This document shows positions 38,822 to 49,264 of a stretch of 64,000 nucleotides of DNA, one piece after another. The stretch lies in contig CAZSVP010000001.1 in assembly GCA_964610335.1 (NCBI GenBank), positions 223,442-287,441 of the forward strand, given 5' to 3'. The notes beneath the pieces were generated by a model. The model made no database searches. It was given only the letters and a program-made list of their open reading frames with translations, and was not told the origin of the DNA. The first letter of the stretch is position 1. Each line of letters opens with the position of its first letter. A program made the position numbers and the translations under genes. This stretch comes from an uncultured Candidatus Saccharibacteria bacterium (lineage in GTDB: Bacteria > Patescibacteriota > Saccharimonadia > CAILAD01 > BJGX01).

Positions 38822-40561
38822 ATGAACGATGTTGAAGAAGTAAAGAACAGACTTGATATTGTTGAGGTGGTTGGTGGTTATGTACCGCTCAAACAGGCCG
38901 GGCGTAATCACAAGGGTTTAAGCCCGTTCAAGACCGAGAAAACACCTAGTTTTATGGTAAGTGCTGAGAAGGGCATATGGCACGATTTCAGCACTGGCAA
39001 GGGCGGCGACGTAATAAGTTTTGTTATGCTGATGGAGGGCTTAGAGTTTCGCGACGCGCTAGAAATGTTGGCTAAGCGCGCTGGGGTACAGCTAAAACCT
39101 CGATCAAAGAATGCTTCTGTCAATCAATCCAAAAAAGTTCGATTGTATGAAGCTGTTGAGCTGGCTATGCGCTATTATCACTACTGTTTGGGCCGCAATA
39201 AGACAGCATTTGACTACTTCACTAAACAGCGGCGACTTAAACCGTCAACAATTAAGAACTTCAAGTTGGGTTATAGCCCCGATGGGTGGGAGAATCTCAA
39301 GAATTTCTTGATCAAAAAGGGATTTACACAAACAGAGATTAAGGAAGCTGGGCTTGCTACCAACAAGCCGGGCAGCAACTCATACTACGATGTTTTCCGT
39401 GGCAGAGTAATGTTTCCGGTGTTTGATGCACAGAATCGACCAATCGGCTTTTCGGCCCGAATATTGGGGGATCAGAAAGCGGCCAAATACATCAATTCTC
39501 CTCAATCGCTGATTTACGACAAGTCCACAGCTATTTATGGTTATGCCCAGGCCAAAGAAGCCATTCGGGTGCAAGAAAAAGCAGTGATAGTAGAGGGAAA
39601 CATGGATGTGCTAGCACTGCATGATGCTGGGTTTCAAAACGTTGTTGCATGTAGTGGCACAGCATTGACCGCCCAACAGATTAAGACACTTAGTTATCTG
39701 ACTCCCAATATTTTCCTATGTTTTGACAATGACGAGGCTGGCTTCAATGCCACATTGCGCGCCATCGAGGTAGCAGCAGATCTAGACGTACGATTGTTTG
39801 TCATTACTCTAGATGGTGTTAAAGATCCTGGAGAGCTCAAGCAAATAAAGAAAGAATGGCCTAAGTCAACAGCGGCAGCACTATATGCGCCAGATTATAT
39901 ACTTTCATGGGTACGCACCAAGTTTGACCTGACTACTGCATTGGGCAAGCGTGATGCTACTACTCCATTGGTTTCTATGCTTGAAAGACTAGATGATGAT
40001 ATAGAACGCTCGCACTATTTGAAGAAATGTAGCCAGTTACTTGATGTGTCAGAAGCACAGCTACTGAATAAGCTTGGTTCACAAAAGACTCAGCCAAAAG
40101 CTTTAGAAAGTGAGCCAGTCGATCAAGCCCCAGTCAGTCAACCTTTGAGTCGACAGCAGCAGCTTGAGTTAAGTCTTTTTGAGCTACTACTAGTTCAACC
40201 ACAGGTACGTGATGTTGTGTTGGAACTGGACCTTTCAAAAGTGAGTGAGCGGTTTCGGCCATATATGCAGGTATTGTCGGAGCATCTTACTGCCAACCTG
40301 GAAACCATAGCAAAAGCCTTGCCAGATAAGGAAAATGCTGTTAAAATTGCTGCATTACGTGGGGAACAAGAATACTCCGACTTATCGGAGCATGACGCAA
40401 GGCTCGAAGCCTATACCCAATTGCATCGTTTGCAGCATTATTACGTACAACTCAATAAACATCAGTTGGCACATGCCATAGCCGAAGCCGAGGCAGCTGG
40501 TGAGCACAAACAGGTCAAAAAACTATTGGCCGAATACCAACAGCTTCTAAATCAAGAATAA
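38822..40561 (+). CDS. dnaG: DNA primase
   Basis: Start at MNDVEEVKNRLDIVEVVGGYV (zinc-binding N-terminus), TOPRIM region (EGNMDVLALHDAG) and a C-terminal helicase-interaction domain. Confidence 0.85.
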   Translation: MNDVEEVKNRLDIVEVVGGYVPLKQAGRNHKGLSPFKTEKTPSFMVSAEKGIWHDFSTGKGGDVISFVMLMEGLEFRDALEMLAKRAGVQLKPRSKNASVNQSKKVRLYEAVELAMRYYHYCLGRNKTAFDYFTKQRRLKPSTIKNFKLGYSPDGWENLKNFLIKKGFTQTEIKEAGLATNKPGSNSYYDVFRGRVMFPVFDAQNRPIGFSARILGDQKAAKYINSPQSLIYDKSTAIYGYAQAKEAIRVQEKAVIVEGNMDVLALHDAGFQNVVACSGTALTAQQIKTLSYLTPNIFLCFDNDEAGFNATLRAIEVAADLDVRLFVITLDGVKDPGELKQIKKEWPKSTAAALYAPDYILSWVRTKFDLTTALGKRDATTPLVSMLERLDDDIERSHYLKKCSQLLDVSEAQLLNKLGSQKTQPKALESEPVDQAPVSQPLSRQQQLELSLFELLLVQPQVRDVVLELDLSKVSERFRPYMQVLSEHLTANLETIAKALPDKENAVKIAALRGEQEYSDLSEHDARLEAYTQLHRLQHYYVQLNKHQLAHAIAEAEAAGEHKQVKKLLAEYQQLLNQE

Positions 40562-40631
40562 AATACAATTACATACCAATTATTGAGATTATTCTCAAGC
40601 TGTAGTTATTATTAAACAACAAGGAACTCTC

Positions 40632-41864
40632 ATGCCCCAAAAAGCCAAGCCCAAGGCCGCTAAACCAGCAAGTAAACCTACTAAGGCCACTAAGCCAGCT
40701 AGCAAGCCAAAGCCTAAACCAAAAGCCAAGCCCGCCAAGGCTGTAAAAGCTACAAAGAAGGCTACCAAAGGTGGTAAGCCAGTAGAACCAACCATCGAGA
40801 TTACTCCAGAGATAGAAACACTGGTTATGAAGGGTCGAGAACAGGGCTTTGTGACCCAACAAGAAGTTATGATTGCCATGCCGCAAGCTGAAGATGATGT
40901 GGAAGCACTTGATGACTTGTATAGCCATTTGATCGACCAAGGCATCGAAGTAGTTGACCAGAAGGACAAACTGATATGGCAGACTGAGCCAGAAGAGGAT
41001 GTTGAAAACGCTGTCAGCGAAGACTATATCAAAGATATTGCCGACGACTCTGTCCGGTTGTATTTGCGAGAGATTGGTAAGATACCACTTATCAAGGCTG
41101 AAGACGAAGTAGCACTAGCCAAACGTATTGAGAAGGGCGACAAAGCTGCTAAGGATGCTCTTGCTGAGGCCAATATGCGCTTGGTTGTGAGTATTGCCAA
41201 GAAGTACATTGGTCGTGGACTTGACCTATTGGATCTGATCCAAGAGGGGAACACTGGCCTTTTGCGAGCTGTAGAGAAATTTGACTACACCAAGGGGTTT
41301 AAGTTTAGCACTTACGCCACGTGGTGGATTCGACAAGCCATCACTCGTGCCATTGCCGATCAAGCTCGTGTGATCCGTATACCGGTTCATATGTTTGAGA
41401 CTATCAACAAGCTTATTCGCTTGCAGCGTCGCATGACCCAGGAACTCGGCCGAGAACCAACCTCTGAAGAGCTTGGTAAGGAGATGGAGATGGACGTGGA
41501 GAAGGTCAATCACATCCTCAAGATCAGCCAAGACACCACTAGTCTGGATGCTGCTGTTGGTGAAGATGAAGACAGTAGCCTTGGTGATTTTATCCAAGAC
41601 GAAGATTCTGTAAGCCCCGAGGAAGCTGCTACTTATGAGCTACTCAAGGAGCACATCAACGAAACTCTCGATCTTCTAACTCCGCGTGAGCAGAAGATAC
41701 TACGTATGCGATTTGGGCTCGAAGATGGTCGTATGCACACGCTTGAAGAGGTGGGGCAGGAGTTTGGTGTCACGCGTGAGCGTATTCGTCAGATTGAAGC
41801 CAAAGCGCTTACCAAGCTACGCAAGAATCGTGATAGCAAGAAGCTTGAAGATTATTTGAGCTAG
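40632..41864 (+). CDS. rpoD: RNA polymerase sigma factor RpoD (sigma-70) with a K/A/P-rich N-terminal tail
   Basis: Regions 2-4 conserved ([27 protein letters not shown]). RBS aaggaa. Confidence 0.9.
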   Translation: MPQKAKPKAAKPASKPTKATKPASKPKPKPKAKPAKAVKATKKATKGGKPVEPTIEITPEIETLVMKGREQGFVTQQEVMIAMPQAEDDVEALDDLYSHLIDQGIEVVDQKDKLIWQTEPEEDVENAVSEDYIKDIADDSVRLYLREIGKIPLIKAEDEVALAKRIEKGDKAAKDALAEANMRLVVSIAKKYIGRGLDLLDLIQEGNTGLLRAVEKFDYTKGFKFSTYATWWIRQAITRAIADQARVIRIPVHMFETINKLIRLQRRMTQELGREPTSEELGKEMEMDVEKVNHILKISQDTTSLDAAVGEDEDSSLGDFIQDEDSVSPEEAATYELLKEHINETLDLLTPREQKILRMRFGLEDGRMHTLEEVGQEFGVTRERIRQIEAKALTKLRKNRDSKKLEDYLS

Positions 41865-41876
41865 AATAACTACAAG

Positions 41877-41910
41877 AAAAAGACCCTTTTTTGAAAGGGT
41901 CTTTTTCTTT
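41877..41910. terminator. Bidirectional rho-independent terminator
   Basis: aaaagaccctttt-ttgaa-agggtcttttt, flanked by an A-run and a T-run, between convergent genes. Confidence 0.7.
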
Positions 41911-42214
41911 ATAGGTTTACATCTGGGTATTTGTCTCTGGCTTCATCAAGCTTAGCTCGTGCCTCGGCAAAGCTAGCACGTACTTTGGCGCGCTCGGCAT
42001 CTTTGGCATTAGCTCTAGACTCTGGGTCCACCCCATGACCTTGATCAATTGCAGCCTCGCTTGGCGATCTTTCTGGCTGAGCAGCAAGCCTAGCTGCATG
42101 CTCAGACGCCAGCCTGGCTTGCTCAGCCCTACGTGCAGCTGCCTCATCAGTCAGCTCGGCACGCGCCTTGTCGGCCGGTGTTTGGTTGAACAAATTTCCT
42201 TGTTCTACAGTCAT
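41909..42214 (-). CDS. Hypothetical Ala/Arg/Glu-rich protein
   Basis: About 101 aa from the internal Met (track ORF 41909..42274). Low complexity. Confidence 0.35.
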   Translation of the reverse strand: MTVEQGNLFNQTPADKARAELTDEAAARRAEQARLASEHAARLAAQPERSPSEAAIDQGHGVDPESRANAKDAERAKVRASFAEARAKLDEARDKYPDVNL

Positions 42215-42258
42215 GTATACATTATACATCGTATCTGACAACAGGTATAATGTAGCTA

Positions 42259-45080
42259 TGACCAAACGCTCCAAATTCGTTATATTTGATGGCCACGCAC
42301 TACTTCACCGTGGCTTTCATGCTATTCCTTACCTTACCAACAAGGAAGGTTTGCCTACCAATGGAGTGTATGGCTTTGTGCAGATGATGCTCAATGCCTT
42401 ACGTGAGCTCAAACCCGAGTACGTTGCAGTAGCTTGGGATATGCCAGGTAAGACATTCCGTCACGATAAGTACGAGGCCTACAAGGCTACTCGCAAAGAG
42501 ACCGATCCAGACTTGGTGGCGCAGTTTGATACTACTCGTGAGCTAGTAGCGGCATTTAATATCCCATTGATTGGAGTAGAGGGTTATGAGGCTGATGATG
42601 TGATTGGCACCTTGGTAGAGCAGTATCAAGCCAAACACGATGTAGTGGTTGTCACGGGCGACATGGATGAGCTGCAGCTAGTGAGCCCAACCACCAAGAT
42701 CTACACATTGCGCAAGGGATTTAGCGATACAGTCATATACGATGAAGCCGCAGTGATGGATAAGTACGGAGTGAGTCCTCAGGAGTTTATAGTTTACAAG
42801 GCGCTCAAAGGCGACAGCAGCGATAATATCCCAGGTGTAGCTGGCATCGGCGACAAAACAGCTACAGAATTGGTTTCAGCCTACCATAGCCTTGATAACA
42901 TGTATAAAAATCTTGATCAAATCAAGCCAGCTGTAGCGCGCAAGCTTGAGGCTGGTCGCGAACTGGCCTATATGAGCGAAGATCTGGCTACAATTGAGCG
43001 CAATGTCCCAATCGAGTTTGATATGAAAAACGCCGTAATTCACGACTATGACAAACAGAAGGTATTTGATCTGTTTCACAAACTAGAGTTCAAGAGTTTG
43101 CTCAACCGTTTGCCTGCCCACATGGTTGGGGATAGTAAGTTTGTAGCTGAAGATCCTACTATTCAAGAGAAAACTTTCAACCGCAAGCATCTAGACACAT
43201 CGCGCTATCATGGAGTGACCTCCGAGTCGGAGTTGGATAGTTTGGTGGCTTTGCTATCCAAACAGAAGATCATCGCCTTTGACACTGAGACAACCTCCGA
43301 AGACCCAATCGACGCGCGGTTAGTTGGTATGAGCTTTGCTACGAAAGAGGGGGAAGCTTATTACATACCACTCACTCATGTCAAAGCCGACAACTTGGTC
43401 AAGGCGACGAAGGCCAAACAGACCAGTTTGCTGGAGCGAGAAGATGGCGACTTTGAGCTAGCCGAGGGGCAGTTGTCGGTGGCGACAGTGATAGATAAGC
43501 TCAAGCCGGTACTTGAGTCATCTAAGATTGGCAAGGTAGGTCACAATATCAAGTACGACTATGTGGTGATGCGCGAGCATGATATTACACTTGCTCCAAT
43601 TGTGTTTGACACTATGGTAGCCGCATACTTAGTCAACCCCAACGGCCGAGCACAAGGGCTGAGCCAGCTGGCCTATAGTGAGCTTGGTATAAGCATGATC
43701 GATATCGAGGAGTTGATAGGTAAGAAAGGGCGTGGCCAGCTGTGCTTTGATTGTGTACCAGTTGCAGATGCTATCAAATACGCCGCTGAAGATGCCGACA
43801 TCACACTACGGCTGTACAACAAACTTGTCCAACAAATCACTACTGAACCTACTGGCAGCAAAATGTTGGCTAAATTGGCTGACGTAGCCGAATGGCCGCT
43901 CATACCTGTGCTGGGTGAGATGGAATTGGCAGGTATTAAGCTAGATACAGATTTTCTGGCCAAACTATCAATCCAATACGACAAGCAGATCGATGCTGTG
44001 CAACAAAAAATCTGGAAGTACGCTGGCGGACAGTTCAACATTAGCTCACCTGCACAGGTACAAGAAATATTATTTGATACCCTCAAGATAGACTCGTCGG
44101 GGCTCAAGAAGACCAAGACTGGTATAAGCACCGCAGCTAGTGAGCTTGATAAACTACGCGGCAAACATCCGGTGGTGGATTTGATGTACGAGTATCGTGA
44201 GCTCACCAAGCTCAAAAGCACTTATATCGACGCGCTGCCACTGTTGGTCAAAGATGATGGTCGACTGCATACTAGCTTTAATCAAACCATTGCTCAAACT
44301 GGTAGGCTTAGCAGCACCAATCCAAATTTGCAAAACATACCCATACGTACCGAATTGGGTCGTGAGATTCGCCAAGCCTTTGTGGCTGAGCCAGGTAAGG
44401 TATTGGTAAGTGCCGACTACAGTCAGATTGAACTGCGATTGGCTGCTGAGCTCAGTGGCGACAAGCCTATGATTGAGGATTTTAAGAGTGGCACGGATAT
44501 TCATACTCTTACTGCTGCCGAGATGTTTGAGGTTGAGCCAGACAAGGTCACTAGTGAGCAGCGTAGGGCTGCCAAGACCATCAATTTTGGAGTTCTATAT
44601 GGTATGAATCCGCATGGGTTGTCAGTAGCGACCGGCTTTGACTATGCTCAAGCCAAAGAATTTATTGATCGCTACTTTGAGCTGCGTGACGGTGTGGCTG
44701 CCTACATAGCCAAGCTCAAGAAGCAGGCACATGACCAGCAATATACCGAGACTTACTATGGCCGCCGTCGGCCATGTCCAGATGTAAGGTCGAGTAATTT
44801 TGCTATTCGAGCTGCCGCCGAGCGCGCCGCGGTAAACATGCCGCTTCAGGGTACGGCCGCGGATATGATGAAGCTTGCCATGGTGTCTATAGCTCCCCAG
44901 CTACCAGAAGGTGCTAAGCTGTTACTACAGATACACGACGAACTTATCGTGGAGTGTGACAAAAAACTTGCCAAGCAAGTAAGTGAGCTGATGGTAGCTG
45001 AGATGAAGGCAGTTGCGCCGAAGTTTAGTGTGCCGATCGAGGTAGATACTGAGGTCGCAACCAACTGGGGTGAGCTGTAA
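42259..45080 (+). CDS. polA: DNA polymerase I
   Basis: Start MTKRSKFVIFDGHALLHRGFHA (5-prime nuclease). Also has the 3-prime-5-prime exo region and the polymerase motifs RRAAKTINFGVLYG and QIHDELIVE. Confidence 0.9.
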
Positions 45081-45103
45081 GATTGTATTAATTTTTCTTG
45101 AAT

Positions 45104-45156
45104 GCTCTCCCAAAAACCTAATGTTTTAGATCTTAGGGAGAGCGACAATCACGACG
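45104..45156. repeat. Stem-loop element CTCTCCCAAAA...GGGAGAGCGACAATCACGACG (copy 1)
   Basis: 8-bp stem gctctccc/gggagagc with a 24-nt loop that contains an inner hairpin. Related to the copy at 46248. Confidence 0.5.
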
Positions 45157-45192
45157 TTTCGGACGGCCCCTCTCCTTGTTTGTCATGGGTGA

Positions 45193-45378
45193 CTAGGCCA
45201 TGAACCCGGTGAGAACGAATGCGATGCCGATTGGCATCATGAAGTTGCCAGCCGCCGCTGGGGCGAGCCACTCTGCCTTGAAGTGGTTCTCGGTCAGCAT
45301 GAGTCGGCCAATCTGCCATTGCAGACGTACTCCTTCTGTGAACAGCAACACGCCGAATACCGCGAACATGAGTCTCAT
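45193..45378 (-). CDS. Small membrane protein (high-GC islet)
   Basis: 61 aa and hydrophobic. ATGA overlap with the upstream gene. Confidence 0.4.
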   Translation of the reverse strand: MRLMFAVFGVLLFTEGVRLQWQIGRLMLTENHFKAEWLAPAAAGNFMMPIGIAFVLTGFMA

Positions 45379-45752
45379 GACTCATCTCCTTTCGAGCGCT
45401 CCACGATCTTGACGTGACGTGGTTGGTGGTGGCGACGCGGAGAATCGTGGTGCGGGCGGGTTTGCTTGGGCGTCGGGCGCAACGGCTCGTCGTTCCATCG
45501 ACGGTAGATGTTGTCTACCTGGCGTGGGCAGTCGTTGAGTAGATCATTGGCGATGTAGAAGCTGATGGCGCTGACCGGGGTCATGAGCACCTTCAGCCAC
45601 ACCGGCCAGTCGAGAGCTCCGAACCAGGCGAGTGGCGCGGTGGCCGCCACGATTCCGAACAGCACGATCGGAAACCACAAGATCAGATGTGCACCCGTCA
45701 CGTAGCAGTACCAGCTGATCTCACCGATCACTTCGTTGAACTTGCTCTTCAT
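45375..45752 (-). CDS. Membrane protein with a basic Pro/His/Arg-rich tail (high-GC islet)
   Basis: Start MKSKFN with an aggagg RBS. The track ORF extends further upstream as a low-complexity artefact. Confidence 0.45.
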   Translation of the reverse strand: MKSKFNEVIGEISWYCYVTGAHLILWFPIVLFGIVAATAPLAWFGALDWPVWLKVLMTPVSAISFYIANDLLNDCPRQVDNIYRRWNDEPLRPTPKQTRPHHDSPRRHHQPRHVKIVERSKGDES

Positions 45753-45760
45753 GTGTCCTC

Positions 45761-45910
45761 CTAGCGGACTGTTGTGGTTTGCTGTCCGACCCCACCGGGA
45801 TTGAACGGCTTTGGCGGGGTTGGTTGTTGAGCTGCGATCCAGGTCACTATCACCGTGCAAATGAGCCCGATGACGATAAACCAGATGAATCCTCTGAGGC
45901 AGCCTTTCAT
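45761..45910 (-). CDS. 49-aa single-TM peptide (high-GC islet)
   Basis: MKGCLRGFIWFIVIGLICTVIVTWIAAQQPTPPKPFNPGGVGQQTTTVR. ATGA overlap with the upstream gene. Derived by hand. Confidence 0.3.
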   Translation of the reverse strand: MKGCLRGFIWFIVIGLICTVIVTWIAAQQPTPPKPFNPGGVGQQTTTVR

Positions 45911-46146
45911 GGGCCATACTCCTGGTAGGTGGAAGGTGAGTGTGGCTTACGGCTTTCGATAACGAACATCGTGGCCATAAATACCACGAGCAGACCAGCA
46001 AGCAAACCAAACGACAACTTGCGAAGTCGTATGGCCCGCTTGGTCTGACTGCAATATGCCCAGATTGTTACACCGAGCATTCCCATCCACCCTAACATAG
46101 AGACCAATCCAATGGTCCCCAGAGCTATGTTTGTCTCTGTGACCAT
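45907..46146 (-). CDS. Small membrane protein (high-GC islet)
   Basis: About 79 aa from MVTETNIALG, 2 TM. Confidence 0.35.
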   Translation of the reverse strand: MVTETNIALGTIGLVSMLGWMGMLGVTIWAYCSQTKRAIRLRKLSFGLLAGLLVVFMATMFVIESRKPHSPSTYQEYGP

Positions 46147-46247
46147 CGGGTATCCCTTCTTGTCGTGATTGTCGAGGTGTTCGCAAACCCAAAAAAATCC
46201 AGATTCGCGATCTGGCCAACTATACCATAATTTGTTCAACTTGTCTA

Positions 46248-46299
46248 CTCTCCCAAAACGTTCAAACCTTGAACACTTTGGGAGAACGACAACCAACTG
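46248..46299. repeat. Stem-loop element CTCTCCCAAAACGTTCAA-ACC-TTGAACACTTTGGGAGAACGACAACCAACTG (copy 2)
   Basis: 15-bp imperfect inverted repeat. Shares its 5-prime CTCTCCCAAAA and 3-prime GGGAGARCGACAAYCA with the copy at 45104. Confidence 0.5.
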
Positions 46300-46370
46300 T
46301 TGTGTCCTCGCCCGGCCAGTATCTTATCGCGGCCGGTATGGGGGATGTTAGCAGTACTTTCTTGTTTCTG

Positions 46371-46949
46371 CTAGCACGTTTGGCCTGGTCGCGTGGTCGA
46401 TGTGCCGTATGGAAGGCACATGTTGTCGACCTTGCCCTGTCGCTGCGTCGTGGTCGGAGCCAGGCAGCTGTCGGGCTGCACTACCACGATGGCTGAAATC
46501 GTGCCATTTGGATCCATCGATTGGATGGTGTTCTGTGTGCATGGATCAGCCTTGTACGCTTCGGCCGGCGTTGGGATCTCGGGCTGAACATCTGGCACTG
46601 GGCACTTCCCGGTTGGAACCGTGAACTTTGGTAGTTCGTGGTTCCAACCGTCAATGAATGCCGTGTCGGCCAGGTATCGGAACCTGATCTTGCAGGTACC
46701 ATTGTCCAACAGGCCTTGGATCTCGGCGAGCGCCAACGTCATACCACTCACCTGGTAGCTCGGTGGCTTTTCGCAGCCGCTGGGGCCACACCCTTTTTCT
46801 TGGGGAGGGACCAACGGGTTGTTGAGCGGCGATTGCGAGTCACCGATGGTGGTCGGGCTCTTCACGGCGTCGTCGTTGGCAGCGGGCTGGCCGTTGCACG
46901 CGGTGCACACGAAGAACAGAGTGGACAGGACTAGGATGAGCCGTTTCAT
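46371..46949 (-). CDS. Secreted protein or lipoprotein, Cys/Pro/Thr-rich (high-GC islet)
   Basis: Signal peptide MKRLILVLSTLFFVCTAC. GC-rich codons. Confidence 0.5.
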   Translation of the reverse strand: MKRLILVLSTLFFVCTACNGQPAANDDAVKSPTTIGDSQSPLNNPLVPPQEKGCGPSGCEKPPSYQVSGMTLALAEIQGLLDNGTCKIRFRYLADTAFIDGWNHELPKFTVPTGKCPVPDVQPEIPTPAEAYKADPCTQNTIQSMDPNGTISAIVVVQPDSCLAPTTTQRQGKVDNMCLPYGTSTTRPGQTC

Positions 46950-46970
46950 GGCTCACCACCTTTCATTTTT

Positions 46971-46983
46971 GTTGGTTGTCGTT
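46971..46983. repeat. Inverted copy (GTTGGTTGTCGTT) of the 13-mer AACGACAACCAAC found at 46285-46297
   Basis: Exact 13-nt reverse-complement match. The two copies flank the lipoprotein gene. Confidence 0.5.
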
Positions 46984-47078
46984 GTGGGGTGCTTGCTGGT
47001 TACCTGTTGGATAGGGAAATCAACAAACGCCAATATGTTATCATAATTTATACAATTTGTCAAGTACATTACACTCCA

Positions 47079-47115
47079 CTTGATACTTCTGTCTTGATAC
47101 TTAATACTTGATAGC
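47079..47115 (+). promoter_or_regulatory. 2.6 tandem copies of CTTGATACTT with 14-bp period, forming a TTGATA-N17-AATACT-N7-ATG leaderless-type promoter for fpg
   Basis: Read directly: cttgatacttctgt / cttgatacttaata / cttgatagc, then ATG. Confidence 0.45.
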
Positions 47116-48006
47116 ATGCCAGAACTACCAGAAGTAGAAATAGTTCGTCAGGGTTTGCAGCAGTATACTGCTGGCAAGCAGATTAAGGCTATCAAATCAG
47201 ATTGGCCGAAGTCGTTGCCGGTAAGCGATGTTGATGCGAAAAAGCATATAGTAGGTGCTAACATCAAATCTGTAGATAGACGAGCCAAGGTGCTCTTGAT
47301 ACATCTGAATAATGGTTATACCCTCATGTGTCATCTCAAGATGACCGGGCAGCTAGTGTTTGTAAGCAAGACCGAGCACTTTGGTGCTGGTCACCCCAAC
47401 GACAGCTTAATAGCCAAGCTTCCAGATCGCTCGACGCGGGTAAATATTACCTTTACAGATAGTAGCCACCTGTATTTCAACGACCAGCGCAAGTTTGGTT
47501 GGATTAAGCTAGAAAAGACTGAGGGGATAGATGATCGAGTAGATTTTTTGCGCAAGCTAGGCCCCGAGCCCATCTCCGAACAATACAACTTTGATGCTTT
47601 CAAAGCAGCTCTTCAGCGTCGGTCACGCACCACTATCAAAGCTGCAATTCTAGATCAGACAGTGATAGCCGGGGTAGGCAACATCTATGCCGACGAGGGT
47701 CTGTTTGCGGCTCGGATCCATCCGGCTACCAAGGTTGCAGATGTGAGTACCATCAAGCTCAAACGTCTCTTCGAAGCTTTGCGCGAGGTGATGTTACTTA
47801 GTATCAAACATGGTGGCAGTAGTGACCGTAATTATGTGAATGCCAAGGGAGAGAAGGGGAGTTATCTACGCTTTGCCAAGGTGTTTCGTCGCGAGGGTCA
47901 ACTATGCCCGGAATGTGGTGGTGAGATTGTGAAGATTCGCGTAGCTGGCCGTGGTACTCATATCTGTCCAAAGTGTCAAAAGCTGCCGAGAGGTAGCAAG
48001 AAATGA
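47116..48006 (+). CDS. mutM: Formamidopyrimidine-DNA glycosylase
   Basis: N-terminal MPELPEVE and a C-terminal zinc finger CPECGG...CPKCQ. Confidence 0.9.
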   Translation: MPELPEVEIVRQGLQQYTAGKQIKAIKSDWPKSLPVSDVDAKKHIVGANIKSVDRRAKVLLIHLNNGYTLMCHLKMTGQLVFVSKTEHFGAGHPNDSLIAKLPDRSTRVNITFTDSSHLYFNDQRKFGWIKLEKTEGIDDRVDFLRKLGPEPISEQYNFDAFKAALQRRSRTTIKAAILDQTVIAGVGNIYADEGLFAARIHPATKVADVSTIKLKRLFEALREVMLLSIKHGGSSDRNYVNAKGEKGSYLRFAKVFRREGQLCPECGGEIVKIRVAGRGTHICPKCQKLPRGSKK

Positions 48007-48935
48007 TCCTGTACTACTACGGCGACAATGAGTTTGGAATTGCCCAGGGCGTAAGAGAGTTGCGGCAAAAGTATATCGACAAGGTCGGTGATGAGTTGGA
48101 GTACGAGCGATTTGATGTAGCAGCAGCAGGGATACATAGTTTGCTCGATATGATAGCAACAGTGCCGATGTTTGCCACCAGTCGGCTAGTAGTTGTAGAC
48201 AATTTGAGCGCCGCCAAGCCAGAAGATGCCCAGCTCAAGACATTGATAGCCAGTGCCGACGCCACTACGGTGATAGTGGTGGTCGATCCAAACCCAGATA
48301 AGAGAAGCCGAGTCTACAAACAATTGAGCAAGCTCAAAGGTGCCAAGGCTTATCACAAGCTATCTCGGCCACAGCTAGTCAAGTGGCTACAAGCTACGGC
48401 TCAGCACAATGGAGCCGAGCTAGATCCAGCCACAGCCTCGTACCTGGTTGATTGGGCTGGCGATGATCAGTGGAAGCTTTACAATGAACTGCTTAAGATT
48501 GCAGCCAATACCACTGGTATCGACAAAAAGCTGATTGAACAACTTGTCAGTCCAAGTGTGGAAGCAAGTGGGTTCAAGATGCTTGATGCCTTATTTATGC
48601 CAGATGTATCTAAGCTGCTGGCGGAGTATGATCGTATGCTTGCAGATTCACAGAGTGATCAGCAGACTATCGGCCTGCTCAATTGGCAATTGAGGGTATT
48701 GGCGCTGGCACGAGAGGGTATGGAGTCTGGTAACAGTGATTGGATCAAAGATAACCGCATAGCACCATTTGTGGCCCAAAAGGCTCAGGCGTATGCGAAG
48801 AAGCTTACGATGCACCAGATCACTGATGCCTACGATTTACTTGTACAAGCTGACTTTGCGATCAAATCCAAGGGTTTGCCAGCCGAATCTACTGTGCGAC
48901 AGGCACTACTAGAACTGCATAGTTTGCTAAATTAG
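48003..48935 (+). CDS. holA: DNA polymerase III delta subunit
   Basis: 310 aa, ATGA-coupled to mutM. Sequence is HolA-like. Confidence 0.65.
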   Translation: MILYYYGDNEFGIAQGVRELRQKYIDKVGDELEYERFDVAAAGIHSLLDMIATVPMFATSRLVVVDNLSAAKPEDAQLKTLIASADATTVIVVVDPNPDKRSRVYKQLSKLKGAKAYHKLSRPQLVKWLQATAQHNGAELDPATASYLVDWAGDDQWKLYNELLKIAANTTGIDKKLIEQLVSPSVEASGFKMLDALFMPDVSKLLAEYDRMLADSQSDQQTIGLLNWQLRVLALAREGMESGNSDWIKDNRIAPFVAQKAQAYAKKLTMHQITDAYDLLVQADFAIKSKGLPAESTVRQALLELHSLLN

Positions 48936-49017
48936 TTGCAATGGTGGCTGTCACAGATCGTCGTTGTAATCGTACAATAGATTTAAGCCGACCACTGGTA
49001 GTTGGCTTCGACGTCGA

Positions 49018-49263
49018 TTGGGGGAGTACGTGCTTTCTTGGAAGGTTAAACGAAATCGAGTGACGCGCGTACACTCTGGTTTTGATGAAAGTGGTGTGTT
49101 TAGTGCGCGCATTGTACAGGAGCGCAGTAGCAAGGTGACCAACCTCAAGCTATTTTGCCCGCCGACTCGACTTGTTCAGACATTCGAGTACCGAGATGTG
49201 GCTCGGGCAAGGCGTTGCGCAGAAGAGTTTCTGGCCAACAGTGGCAATCGGAGGGGAGGGTAG
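49018..49263 (+). CDS. Hypothetical small protein (high-GC islet). Start codon uncertain
   Basis: 81-aa ORF with a TTG or GTG start. Confidence 0.3.
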   Translation: MGEYVLSWKVKRNRVTRVHSGFDESGVFSARIVQERSSKVTNLKLFCPPTRLVQTFEYRDVARARRCAEEFLANSGNRRGG

Positions 49264-49264
49264 T

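Noticed and set aside
45753-46010. Upstream 86-codon extension of track ORF 45375-46010 (MVCLLVCSWYLWPRC...)
   Set aside because: The real start is more likely MKSKFN at 45752, which has an AGGAGG ribosome binding site. The extension is low-complexity and overlaps a separately framed 49-aa TM peptide ORF
45104-46299. Integron attC-like interpretation of the stem-loop repeats bracketing the small-gene cassette
   Set aside because: There is no recognisable R/L core (GTTRRRY) and no intI nearby. It is kept only as a generic repeat-bounded cassette
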